Shown: piece after piece, positions 1-11,777 of the stretch
Position numbering within the stretch: the first letter of the stretch is position 1
Layout: each line of letters opens with the position of its first letter
Assembly: GCA_977030845.1 (NCBI GenBank)
Contig: OZ365118.1
Location: 18,910,001 to 18,974,000, forward strand
Direction of reading: 5' to 3'
DNA length: 64,000 nucleotides
DNA from: Fimbriosthenelais zetlandica
Lineage: Eukaryota
Notes under the pieces: generated by a model
The model's database searches: none
What the model saw: the letters and a program-made list of their open reading frames with translations, nothing else
What the model was told of the DNA's origin: nothing
Program-made: the position numbers and the translations under genes

Positions 1-394
1 TTAGTTAAAGCTTCTTGTCATATATCTTGACATGTATGAGTAGCTCCTGACCAGAGGCCAGCTTTACAGCTGAATGCTACACGAGTGAATGGCAAGGGTT
101 GACTGGTGGTGGAGGGACCAGCTGTCCCGGACGCGTCCACTAGGTAGAGTGAGGTGTGGATGGTTGAGTGAGGAGTAGTGGGAGGAGGAGGAGTCGCAGG
201 AGGAGGAGGAGGTGCCTGGTGAAGCTACTGCTTCCTCCTCACCTCTCACTCCCTCCACACACAGCCCACACAGATCCACACAGAATACCCCCTCCTCCTC
301 CTTCCTCTCTGCCTCACTGAACTTGGGATGTTTGCAAAACAGGGAGGAGGTATAGAAGTAGAGAATGGTTGCTAACACTAACAGCTGTTCTAGC

Positions 395-481
395 CTAGTC
401 TAGCCTAGTCTCAGTAGTACGATCAGGCACCATGTGAAGCTAGTCTAGCCTAGTCTCAGTAGTACGATCAGGCACCATGTG
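395..481. repeat. Direct tandem duplication, 42-bp unit, period 45
   Basis: ctagtctagcctagtctcagtagtacgatcaggcaccatgtg at 395-436 and 440-481. Confidence 0.9.
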
Positions 482-644
482 GAAAGGCCAGCCAGTCAGG
501 CCAACAGAATACAAAACCAGCTTTCTACTAGCGTTGATTGAATGAAATGAGAGTAGAAGCAGTTGGCGCGACTATTAGGGATATACAGGGAGCTGTTAGA
601 CTAGTGAGATCCCTCAACCATAGAGATAGGCAGTGAGGGATAGA

Positions 645-800
645 GGGCGGAGATGTGGGGGTGGGGGTAGAGAGTGGAGATGTGGGGGTGGGGGTAGAGA
701 GCGAGATGTGGGGGTGGGGGTGGGGGTAGAGAGCGAGATGTGAATGGTGGGGGTAGGTTTAGTGAATGGTGTGGGTGGGGTGTGGGTGGGGGGTGGGTAG
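645..800. repeat. G-rich minisatellite (gagatgtgggggtgggggtaga-type), G-quadruplex-prone
   Basis: About 4 copies of a ~25-bp unit followed by GT-rich low-complexity sequence. Confidence 0.85.
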
Positions 801-1159
801 GTTGTTTGGGGTGGTGTGTGGTATATATAGCAGTAGGTTTGACTTCCGTACACCATGTATGTTGTCTGTGATGGTTGTATGAGATCTACTCGGTACAAGT
901 GCCTCTAACCTGGACGCTAGCTTTGAGGCGTACTGCACCCAGTCTACGGCATGAGCAGCTCATTGTATTAGGAACACGTTGACGGGGCGAGCTTGTAGGA
1001 GTTTAAGAACAAACAGTGGAGCACGGAGGTGGCGTGAAGCTCCACTGAATCCATGCTACTCTAATCTCACTGCTTCATCTGGATTTGGGTTGAAGTCAAG
1101 TGCGAGAATGAGCTGGTGGTGGAGGGGCACGTGCTGCCAGATGTCTTGGTGTGGGGGAT

Positions 1160-1221
1160 GGGCGGGGTGGGTGGGAGGGTGGATGGGTGGGTGGGAGGGT
1201 GGATGGGTGGGTGGGTGGGTG
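1160..1221. repeat. (GGGT/GGAT)n simple repeat
   Basis: Seen directly. Confidence 0.85.
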
Positions 1222-2031
1222 GACAATTGACGAATAAAGGCCATCTTCAATCATTGCATACTTGCTGGGCCATTCCTACATTACCAGAGATATAAATAAT
1301 CCCAGCATATGAGGTATTAAGAAGCATGATATGAAGTCACAAGAAATATGCCAATTCCCAAATGAACCAGACAAAAGGGAACAAAATGCACAAAGCAAAG
1401 CTTTCGCACAGCACAATAACTCGCCTTTCTTCTGGTCTAGGCATACCTCAGTTCAGGTAATATCTGATCCAAGGATAGGCTTTTTTAGTTGATAGAATAA
1501 GAAAGAGATGGAGAGATGTATGTGGGTGCATGGGGGACTTTTTACATATCCAATGCTGATTAGTCATATTTCTTCATCTTCAAGCCAGACTTATGCAGGA
1601 GGTATTTTTAAATGTCAAAAAATGTAAGCTTAGTGTGATATGTATGAATGATACACTCTAGACACGTCGCATTGGATTACTTCTAAAACATAGTGACAGA
1701 CAAAAACCAACTGCCAACTGATAAGGAAGCCAGACATATATAATTCTTCATTTATAAAGTAAACTAGAATCTTGTTAGCGCCTCTGATAAACTCAGTTAA
1801 ATTCAGTTAAAGTTTAACCAAACTATTGTTGGCCCACACAAGCCTGACAATGAATTGAGACTTTGTCAGGCCTATATTTCGCCAGGTTTTTCCCACGAGT
1901 TTTCCAGTACTTCTCTGGAAAACTTATATAAAGATTTCCATGATTTCCTAGAGTCTACTCTGCTTAAGAGTAGGAACTATATGAAAGCTTGGATCACCAT
2001 CCACCTCTTGCCGCAGTAACATGGAATGGGA

Positions 2032-5000
2032 TCACCTTGCACCTATTGCCGCTATCGTCCACCTCCCATCTTGGAGTTCGTTGGGACATTGTTGAAGCTT
2101 GAAGCCGCGTCTTAGAGTGAGATGAGCAGGTTGGAGGGTGACAGGTGGGGGGAGGAGAGAGCAGCTCATGCGACCTAATGTGCTAACACTGCCTGACGAC
2201 CCAGGCATGCGACCCATGCACGTGCTCACCACTACCGGCACGTCACAACCCTTATAAAAAGTCTTATTAATGCCAGGGACGAGCGACGGGCGGGACGGAA
2301 GGCTCTGATACTAGGCTGTCTGTAATAAAGGCATTACATGCTCATAAACGAGGCTTAAACCCATTGTCACTCCCTGACACGTGATCGTCACAGAAAGGTC
2401 AGCAAGTTCTACTCGTTAGAATCAAATATACACCAGGAGGTTGACAATGGTCGGGGGCTGGGGGTGGTGGGAGGGGGGCTTATCTATACTGAATCTCAAC
2501 ATACATGTGGGTAATGATATTCTTCATGATATAGCTGATATTGCCCATAATATATTGACACTGTTCATATTATAGCTGATATTGTTCATGATATAGCTGA
2601 TATTGTTCATGTTCTGGCTGATATTGTTCATGTTCTGGCTGATATTGTTCATGTTCTCGCTGACATTGTTCATGATATAGCTGACAATGTTCATGATATA
2701 GCTGACATTGTTCATGATATAGCTGACATTGTTCATGATATAGCTGACATTGTTCATGTTCTAGCTGACATTGTTCATGATATAGCTGACATTGTTCATG
2801 ATATAGCTGACATTGTTCATGATATAGCTGACAATGTTCATGATATAGCTGACATTGTTCATGTTCTAGCTGATATTGTTCATGATATAGCTGACATTGT
2901 TCATGATATAGCTGACATTGTTCATGATATAGCTGACATTGTTCATGATATAGCTGACAATGTTCATGATATAGCTGACATTGTTCATGTTCTAGCTGAT
3001 ATTGTTCATGATATAGCTGACATTGTTCATGATATGACTGATATTATTCATGATATAGCTGAGATATGTAGTAAGCAGTGTTTCTTCTCTACCTGCCGCG
3101 TCACATAACGTTGATGGCCCCCCGTATGGGAGCAGGTACAAATGTATTATATTTTATTACAATAGAAACAGACGACGCGGGCTATAAAGAGTCAGGGATC
3201 GATGGTGGTAATTGTGTCGTAAATAAATGGCTATTGAATGTTTACCTTGGTGTGCTGCTCCACGGACAATAGTCGGCAGGCATCGATCCACCGTCATAAT
3301 GTTGGTGACATTCTGAAACGCCTCCAGACACACTACTGGGATTCATCTGAAAAATGAATACATCAATCTTAATATATGTACAAGACACTTCATGAGACAG
3401 ACATTTCTATGTGAAAGTACTTAGAGGAGTTAAGTCTTAAATTGTTAAGTCTCGGGATGAGTCATTTTCTAACTGGTATAATAAGGTAATTAATCATTAA
3501 GTTCACCTTGATGACTCCCTCATTACTGCTGTATCAGGATGTATATAAGACCCAGCACCTGTCCCCGTGGACAGTCACTTTGATTGAGGAGACCTTGCCC
3601 CCTGGTCTCCTTCACCAGCAATCCCGGGCTTTAGGCTAACCATATACATACATGCCCCTCTAGGACGCAAGCTTGTTCTGGCAAGATAAAGCTCAATGTG
3701 AAAAATGACCGCTTCGTCTCCACCCAGCCTTACTTATTTGTCCCCGGTGTCTGGGAGGGGATGCCCGGGAGGGAGGGAGCTATCCCCGCTAGATTAGAAT
3801 CATGAGTCTTACCTCGTACCACCTCTCTATGTAGGCTAAGATAAGGTACTTCTGAGTCGAGGGAATCGCGCTTTATGTTATCACAGATCGCTCTCTCCAA
3901 TATCGTCTCATTTTTCAGGCTGGTCGATGGATGTGCATTTCTGTCTTGGTGGGGTAGATATTAGAGTTTCACGTGTGTGGGGATTATCTGTATAAAGAGA
4001 TGTGTACACAGAGATACAGAAGGTGAAGGCAGACCTTACAACACCTATTATTTACATCAAAGTCCTCCTGGCACAACAGGATTCACTCAAAAAATCAGAG
4101 GAAAATATTCATAGAATGTATGAAAGTGTAGGCTTTTGTTGAAAAGACTGGGTGAAGGACAGGGAAATCATCCAAAACACCAAATCTGTCCTCGATGAAA
4201 AACAGTATTGACACATAACCAAGAAGTTCTTCACATGAAGGTTTGTATTGCCAATCTTATCTCATTGAAAAAGCTGAATAAAGCAATTGTTAACATTTAA
4301 TAAGAAGACCTAAAATGATTACTTAAAGGTCTGTTAATCTCATTTCAACTTTAGATAAAAGTAGTTTTTTCTCAAATAGCTTTTATAGTGAACTTTTCCA
4401 AGCAATTTACGGATAAAACGCTGTGCAGTGTTCGATTTCTACAAAGCAAACTTTCTAACTTATGGTGATGTTAAATATTTTACTTTCAGACAACAAAAGC
4501 CTTTCACTTCACAATCCTTTAAAATTACATGGTATAGACAGCTATTCATGACAGAAACATGAGTAATTCTCTGATAGAAAAGCGGCATTGCTGACGAAGA
4601 AGACTTTGTATTGTTCTTTGTTCCTAGAAGAAGGGAGCATAGAAAGTATACTGATTAAAACATTCTGTCCGGGCGTTTAAATGCTAGATGTAACCGAGAT
4701 AACCAATATCAATATAGGTGAAGCCCATATCAAATACTTCTACCAAGTAATCTTAACAAAAGTCACCTTTGATCTAAGGAAAAAACAAATTAAAATTGCA
4801 TACATGTTGCAAAACGATTTTGCACAAGTAGGCGACTAAATGTTCGACCATTTTTAATATTACAAGGAAATTGCAAAGTACCTATTATGTCGAATAAATA
4901 GCTATTGTTCAGATGGGATATGATATTTCACTTGGGATATGATATGTCACTTTCCGCAATCATATATATTGAAAACTGCCAATGAAAAAGGTGGCCTTCT

Positions 5001-8000
5001 AGACATTTCTGAAAGGCAACCCTCACTCAATTTAAAAGCAGAGCAGTTGAATTTCAGATATGAGAGTTATTATCCTAACTTCCTAACTATTTTTTGTAAT
5101 TATTTTCTATCTTCAGACATTGCTGAATCTTCAGATATCTTCAGAATGCTGCGGGGACTGCTAAAGGGCTAAATGATGTCTCAATAAATATCAGAATCAC
5201 ATGTAGGTGGAATGTGAAGGGAAAAAAACTAATTTATTAAAGTGAATAATTATTAATCGGTGAATAACAAATTTCATCACCAATACTCTATACAATGTAG
5301 TTGATTCTACAGCTAGCCACCCAACCAGCGGGTGATATTCATACGTTCAGCTTGTAGAGGACGTTAATGATTTCACCATGTGGGGTCTGTAAGCACAGTG
5401 AGAATCAGAGAGAGAGGGGACAATACCAACCACAGGTTACGTCACCCTGGCACATGATGCAGCCTGACAGACGTGGCTCATTCAAAGGCAAACTAAGCAA
5501 GCTTGATTGAATGGTGAAGGGGGTCTCAATGAGGGTAATATATACAGTCTGGATCCTTCCATCCTGAGCTGGGGCACAGCACCTTCGGTATTTTTCTAAA
5601 TATTTACCATTGCTGCATTGGGAATTTAATGTTACCATTGTGAAAGCTTTCTAATCTTTTGATCTCTTCAATTGCCGTTTGGAAGATAAAGAAATTGGAG
5701 GAAAATGTACATTTCCTTGATTTGGGAAATAGAGAGAGAGCCCCCCGTCTAAAGTTACATCATCTGTCAGTGGTTGAAGCCAGTGGAGCAATAGAGTTTT
5801 ATTAATCAAGTTGCATCAGGGTTGAGTGCAAAACTGGATGCTTTGAAAATGTAGATTGATTTGGAAGATGGGGGGAGGGCTGAGACTGGCGTAGGGGCAG
5901 ACCACTCAATTAATTAACTCTGCTCAGATCACAAATGCTCGGCACAATCTGGGGTTCTTATACCCGATTTGGCAATCCTCGCCCAGTGATAATACAACTT
6001 GGTTTCTACGACTTTTTTATAGCAAATGTGGCAAATCCTGAATGATATGAGGGCAAAATATAGGCCAGAGCTACTCAGAAAGTCCATATTGCCTTCTAAA
6101 TTTTGGGTAAAATAATAGCACATCACGTGCTTTTCGTATTTTGAAGCTTCTAAAAAATGAATTGGCTAAAATCGCCAATCTCATTCAGCAATTCCCATCG
6201 AGAAGCTTCCCAAACAGTCTTCTTCAATCCTTTGGGGCAGGGATTTCAAAATGACTTGCATTAATTTCTATACAAACATTTCTGAATGATTGAAATGCAG
6301 TGTACTTTTTCCTTCTTCAATGGGGGATGAGCTTTTTGCATAATAGATCAATGAGGCTTGACTTTTTCCATAATAGATGACTGATTGTGAAATTGTTGCC
6401 ATTGCTCGGGGAGGATGTTTGCCCAGTGATATGCTATCTGATTTGATTCCGTCCCAGTCATTTCAGATAGCAATATTAAATTGCCAAGGACGGAACACAA
6501 ATGATTCAGGAAAATCTGTTGTAGCTTTATAAACAGCAAACAAATATGTGCACACGAGTTGTAATATTAATACAAATAGCTTTACTTTCCTATTATACTG
6601 CTCTCTGGAGTCATGTACCATCAATAGGTTATGATATAAGTATTAAATTAACATCATAAACATTTGGGAAACAATGGCAAACCAACCGGATTTCTTAGAA
6701 TTTACAAATAGAATTTCTTATTTGAACATTCTAAGAAATCCGCATACTTAAATGGTTTTGTAAGAAATACAGAAATAGGCCTACTATAAAAGAGGCACGT
6801 TATGCTGCTGACCCATTTAGATCCTAATGTTAATTAAATATACGAGTAACCCATGACCTATTTGCTGTGAACCCATTTTGTGTTTTTTCTCTTTCTGCCG
6901 TTCTCTCATACCGTCATTTAGATGAATCAATCAGAACATTAGTTATCATTATCAGCCTGGCTGCCAGGCCGGCCTGTCGTCAAGGCTGTAATTAGCCAGC
7001 AAGACTGGAGCACACAAAAAACAATAAAAAGCTGGACTTGTCTGTAATCGTGCAGGGCTGGGCCGGCTGGGTAGATAATCTACCTGATAGTGACTGGTCT
7101 GATACCATCACTGAGACCACCTAGTCTGAGGCAGGTTCATGAGGGCTTTTTACACCTGATCATGCTTTGAATATAGCATCTTTCTATTTTATGGCATTAG
7201 AGCCGTTAGTGTGGCCTATGGTTTTTTCTGATTTGTATGGCATTAGTGTCTTTTGGAATTGTACTGGCAAAGACTGGGAGCCTTGAAATGGAGATAAATT
7301 ACAATGGCGACTATTGTGATCATGAAGTGAAGGGGGAAGATGTGAGAGGATTACAGGCAGGTTGAGACGATTATCAGAGTCATTCTGCTGGAAGATCATC
7401 AATTCACATCACGCTGGACTAATTGTGGCTTCACCGCTTAGCAAATATGGCGCTTATCGTCACACATTTACAAGATTAAAATTCAACCATGCTGGATTAA
7501 AAAACAAACACAATAACGGGTCTGTCACAGTGTGATTACCTCCCCCAATAAATGACGACTCTAAAAAATCATATTATTCACAGAAAAAATAGAGGATGAC
7601 AAAGCATGGGCTCACTGCCTGGACGCCCCCCCCCCCCCCCCTTGCATCCCACACACCCTTGAGATCCACGCGACCACAAAAGATGAGAGGGACGCCCAAG
7701 TACAGAACCCATGACGTCATCTTGTGGGAACTTAGAAGTTCACAGGAGAAGTAAATGAGAGTTGGGGTGAGGGATTTAGCCTGAGGTTACTGACCCGTGT
7801 ACTAATTGTTCGGGTGCTCAGTACGAGAGCCCAATTTACATGCCATTAATATGGCCCGCTAGTCGCACCCATGGCTCTCCCACGAGGGTTCAAATGCAAG
7901 CGATACTAAAAGGTCCCTAAAACATGGCTCAGGTTGCCAGTAATTACTGGTCAAAACAGTGGAGAAGTTCAAGAATTGATCATACGATTCAAAGTTAAAG

Positions 8001-8452
8001 TTCTTGAAAAGATGGATTACTTTGTGCTTGAAAACCAAAATATTTTCTCAAGAAATATGGGCATGCACCGATTCACTTCGGTTCATTAGCGTATTTGCAT
8101 AAAATAATGAAGTTTTCATGCTGCCATATTTTAGAGTTGAAGGACCCCCGGGACGGAGCCTGCATGCTGTGATGCGCCTGATGTTACTGTGACTTTCATG
8201 ATGTGGGGGGAGGACCATGAGAATGGACGATTAGTGGACTAATAAAAGCATGTCACTCTCTCAATGTTACCCAGAGAAAGCCTGGCTTTTTACACGTGCC
8301 TACCACCAAATTAACACTGACGATGCCATGTTTCCTAATCAACTTACGGCGGTGGATGCGATCCCACACGCCCTATCAGATGGGGGAGATGATGGGAGAT
8401 GACAGGCCATGGCTGGCCGGCACAACTCCACCACTGACCACACAATCAACAT
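2032..8452 (-). CDS. Hypothetical small multi-exon gene (~121 aa, 6 Cys, no recognisable family)
   Basis: Phase-compatible candidate exons 8452-8348, 5386-5345, 3851-3813, 3346-3246, 2110-2032, with a CpG-rich patch upstream. Boundaries were chosen post hoc, and I found no canonical poly(A) signal. Confidence 0.25.
2523..3062. repeat. 21-bp minisatellite (tcatgatatagctgacattgt), about 25 copies
   Basis: Seen directly; explains the MNNVSYI ORF 2524-2757. Confidence 0.95.
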
Positions 8453-8729
8453 GGACGCGGCACGCCATCATTTTCGACCTTCCTGGAAGCAGTCCACTAT
8501 TTTTGGAGCACTTGCCCATCACCAGTTTATGAGTGGGGCTTTTCTCCAGCTTTCTGCCTGTAGCGGCTATATCTGTAAGATCAGTGATGGTATGGGTTAG
8601 ATGGTGACAGCACTGGCCAGCACTGCGATGACATCAACATGTCCACAATGGTAGCAGCAAACAGCAATCAGAACCAAATGATACTGGACACAATTGGGAC
8701 AATTGCAAACTGATATCTGCAGTCATTGT

Positions 8730-8935
8730 CAGCCGACGTACGATCTAGCGATTTAATTCCCGCGCGCGTCCCCTCCGCGCCGCGCCGCGACCCCGGAAAC
8801 ACAGCCGTCATAGAAATGTCGTGAACCTATTAAGTTTTGGGCCATTGCGCCCATAACCACGTGACCAAGATATCAATAACTCAACGTCACCACGTCACTG
8901 TGTTACGTATTATAGAGGCGGCCATTCAGCTGAGT
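8730..8935. promoter_or_regulatory. CpG-dense promoter-like patch
   Basis: cccgcgcgcgtcccctccgcgccgcgccgcgaccccgg and a CACGTGAC E-box, in a CpG-poor background. Confidence 0.45.
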
Positions 8936-10585
8936 CCAGGACTGGGGAAGCTCACTCAGCAATTGGTGAGGAGGTCCTTCAACATGGCCGATAATACAGG
9001 CCTTATCACGGCACCAGGCCAGTCAAACGACAACCACCCTTCATGCTTTACTCAAATACAATGAGCCCAAGCTCAAATATATGATGTCAATGGGCTCTCC
9101 TTGTATCAGTGTATATCTAATTCACTTTACAGATTAAGTGGGTATTGAGCTAAGCTTCTTACCGGGGTATTATAGCATCTTAGCTGGGATTAAACTCCAG
9201 ATTTGTTCTTCCTCAGTGTATGTGATTAAGGATATGTATCCTGTGAGAGGAGGCTGGATTCTGTACGACTGTCTTATCTCATAATGTGTCTTAATCTGCT
9301 CAATGTTTCTCAATGCTGTGACGGCATACATCACTCACTCCTCACAGCAGTCTAAATCCTCCTCACAGAATAGGCTGAAAGAACCTTAAATCATTTATAC
9401 ATATAATGTTCATGTCTATAGTCTCTTTGATATGACGGCCTGGCATGATATATCTAATCTAATTTCAACATGCAACTGAATATTGAAGAATGATGACATG
9501 ACAAATCACCAAATTCAAACACTTGCCAGGATATAACACAGGCAATATGTTCACAATTTGTTCAATATTGTTCTGTGACCATGCCTCACCCACACTCCAT
9601 CTCACTTCTATCTCCTAACTTTGCAGGCCTGATTATGAATCACCCTGTCAGATTTTATCAAGACTCAAACTTCCCCCGCTGTTATGGATGAAAACATCAA
9701 GATATTGATTCGGCTCTTCTGATCTTATGAAAGAGACCTAACTCCAGGGGATCCATTTGAAATTATCTGGGCGGCCAATCTCATTTCTATCTGTCTTATA
9801 GCTAAAGCCTACAGAGGGGCCTGCCTTTGACCAGGCTATAAGCCGCGGTCAATGCTCCCCGCTCCCTCTGACATGGCCCTAGCTGCCAAGTTGAGTGCTG
9901 TCATTTTATCTGTATTGTCATAGAGTGTGAATGGAGTTAATGGGGCAGTTATATCAGCATTACTGGTGTTATTTAGCTCCAGCCTTACATATAGAGCCTC
10001 CATTCACCCCAGCACAATGGGACGCGCCAGTCGTACCGTATTTGGGGGATGTACATTTAGATGTATGATCCCTCGGGGATTATAAGGATAAGAGGGGTGG
10101 GATTAGGGATATATTCAGGTGGGGGGTTATTGGTATAGGCTGCATCATGGAGCAGCAGCAGCTATTACTGGGGGAGGGGGTAATGGTATGGAGAGGAGGG
10201 TAAAAGGTAGGAATAATGGGGTAGAATGATTTGATTAGAGATCTAATTGCTGTCGTACGACATGGTCTGACTCAATCAAGATGAATGACTAGCCATTAAC
10301 AGACCACAATACTAGACCTCCCTATATTTCAAACTACTCCATTCCCAGAGTAGTAACAATTACCATTTGGCTGAAATAGCCTGATATACAATTACCTATT
10401 GTAAGCCTCTACTCCACGACCCATGCTGCTTATAAAACAATTAAATATTTACTATCAGGATATTGTCATTGATGAATGGGACATGGGACTGTTATCAGAT
10501 ACGTCTAGCTCATTATACCCTTATGCCACCCCGCCACTGCATCCCTCCCTGCCCTTGGTATTTCCCGATTTTCCACCCAATCTTT

Positions 10586-10850
10586 CTAGCCTTGGTATTC
10601 CCCCATCTCTCTATGGCCTTGGTATTCCCCCATCTCTCTCTAGCCTTGGTATTCCCCCATCTCTCTCTAGCCTTGGTATTCCCCCATCTCTCTCTAGCCT
10701 TGGTATTTCCCCATCTCTCTCTAGCCTTGGTATTCCCCCATCTCTCTATGGCTTTGGTATTTCCCCATCTCTCTATGGCTTTGGTATTTCCCCATCTCTC
10801 TATGGCTTTGGTATCTCTCTCTCTTGCCTTGGTCCTCCATCTCTCTGGCC
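10586..10850. repeat. 27-bp minisatellite (ccttggtattcccccatctctctctag), about 9-10 copies
   Basis: Seen directly; explains the LGIPPSLSS and LALVFPHLS ORFs. Confidence 0.95.
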
Positions 10851-11013
10851 TTGGTGTAACCTCTGTAGCCGTTGACTAAGCCAGCATCCAGCCATGACAG
10901 GGCCCTAATGGCTATCACCAATTCACGTTTTACATCTGTGATCCCGCGAGACCTAACGAGATCATGAATCAGCGACTGCAGCTCCCCCTACACGTCCAGT
11001 GGTCAACGAGGCG

Positions 11014-11102
11014 TGACGTCAACATGATGGTCACAGCAGTCACCATGGTAACGTGACACGTGTGTCGCTCAGGCTGCTGTCATGGTAACAAAGAGCAGCT
11101 CA
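11014..11102. promoter_or_regulatory. Motif cluster: CRE, RFX X-box, E-box and an AGAGCAGCTCA copy
   Basis: TGACGTCA at 11014-11021, GTCACCATGGTAAC at 11039-11052, ACACGTGT, a second CATGGTAAC half X-box, AGAGCAGCTCA at 11092-11102. Confidence 0.4.
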
Positions 11103-11693
11103 GATGACCGGTCCTCATAGTCTGACCGGCAGAAAGGGCAGTTAAAATGGAGCGACCACTCAGAGGTCAATATCACTAAATGACCGTCACACTGGATTAT
11201 ATTGATTTTATCCTGGAATATTTTGCAGCTGTAAAAATAGTCGTTCATATTACCATATTAAAATGGGCAGTAAATGTGGTCTCTAAATGGTAGTGGGAGG
11301 TGGGTATGAAATGAAGTAGAACTGATGAGAACATGGTATTACTTTGATGTGTTATCTTATTTGATGTGTGATTCTTCACGCCTACATGCCCACACCCCCC
11401 ACCCCCCACACCCCAGTCCTGTTCTCTCTCACGGACCCCCGGTAGGATTTGGTAAGCAAGCGTAAGATGCCGCGACCCCAGATCAAGTCTCACACACATC
11501 TCGCGTGGGACGAGAACAGAGGACGAGATTGCAGGTCGCCCCTTATTTTAATTTCCACATTTGGGATATTTCCCCGGGGACTAGGTTTTAGTGGCGGAGG
11601 TTTGTGGGGTAATGTGGCCGTCACTTGGATGGCGGAGGGATAGCCTATCACGGTGATTATATAGTCCTGTAATGCTGGCCCGATTACCACGAG

Positions 11694-11777
11694 TGGGTGA
11701 GTGAGTGGGTGAGTGAGGGTGTGAGTGAGTGAACGAGGGAGTGAGTGAATGAGGGAGTGAGTTAGTGAGTGAGTGAC
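11694..11777. repeat. (GAGT)n microsatellite
   Basis: Seen directly. Confidence 0.9.

Noticed and set aside
64-378. 104-aa ORF with a hydrophobic start as a terminal coding exon
   Set aside because: Weak acceptor, low-complexity GAG/CCT tracts explain the open frame, and no convincing partner exon.
858-908. Plus-strand VVCDGC...RYKCL, like the start of a ZZ zinc finger
   Set aside because: A stop follows immediately, the remaining Cys/His ligands are absent, and there are no supporting splice sites.
759-1250. Minus-strand frame resembling a LINE endonuclease region (ILALDFN...DWVQY) with two stops
   Set aside because: Motif spacing is too short for an APE domain, no RT follows, and one stop is simply part of an intact TGAGCTGCTCA motif.
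2301-2313. Reverse complement TAGTATCAGAGCC resembling a tRNA-Met primer binding site
   Set aside because: One mismatch, not preceded by an LTR ending in CA, and no second LTR or gag/pol sequence.
5636-5648. 13-nt match to the middle and 3' part of bantam miRNA (cattgtgaaagct)
   Set aside because: The seed region is absent and there is no hairpin.
10423-10879. 150-aa and 138-aa ORFs
   Set aside because: Produced by the 27-bp minisatellite, whose unit length is divisible by 3.
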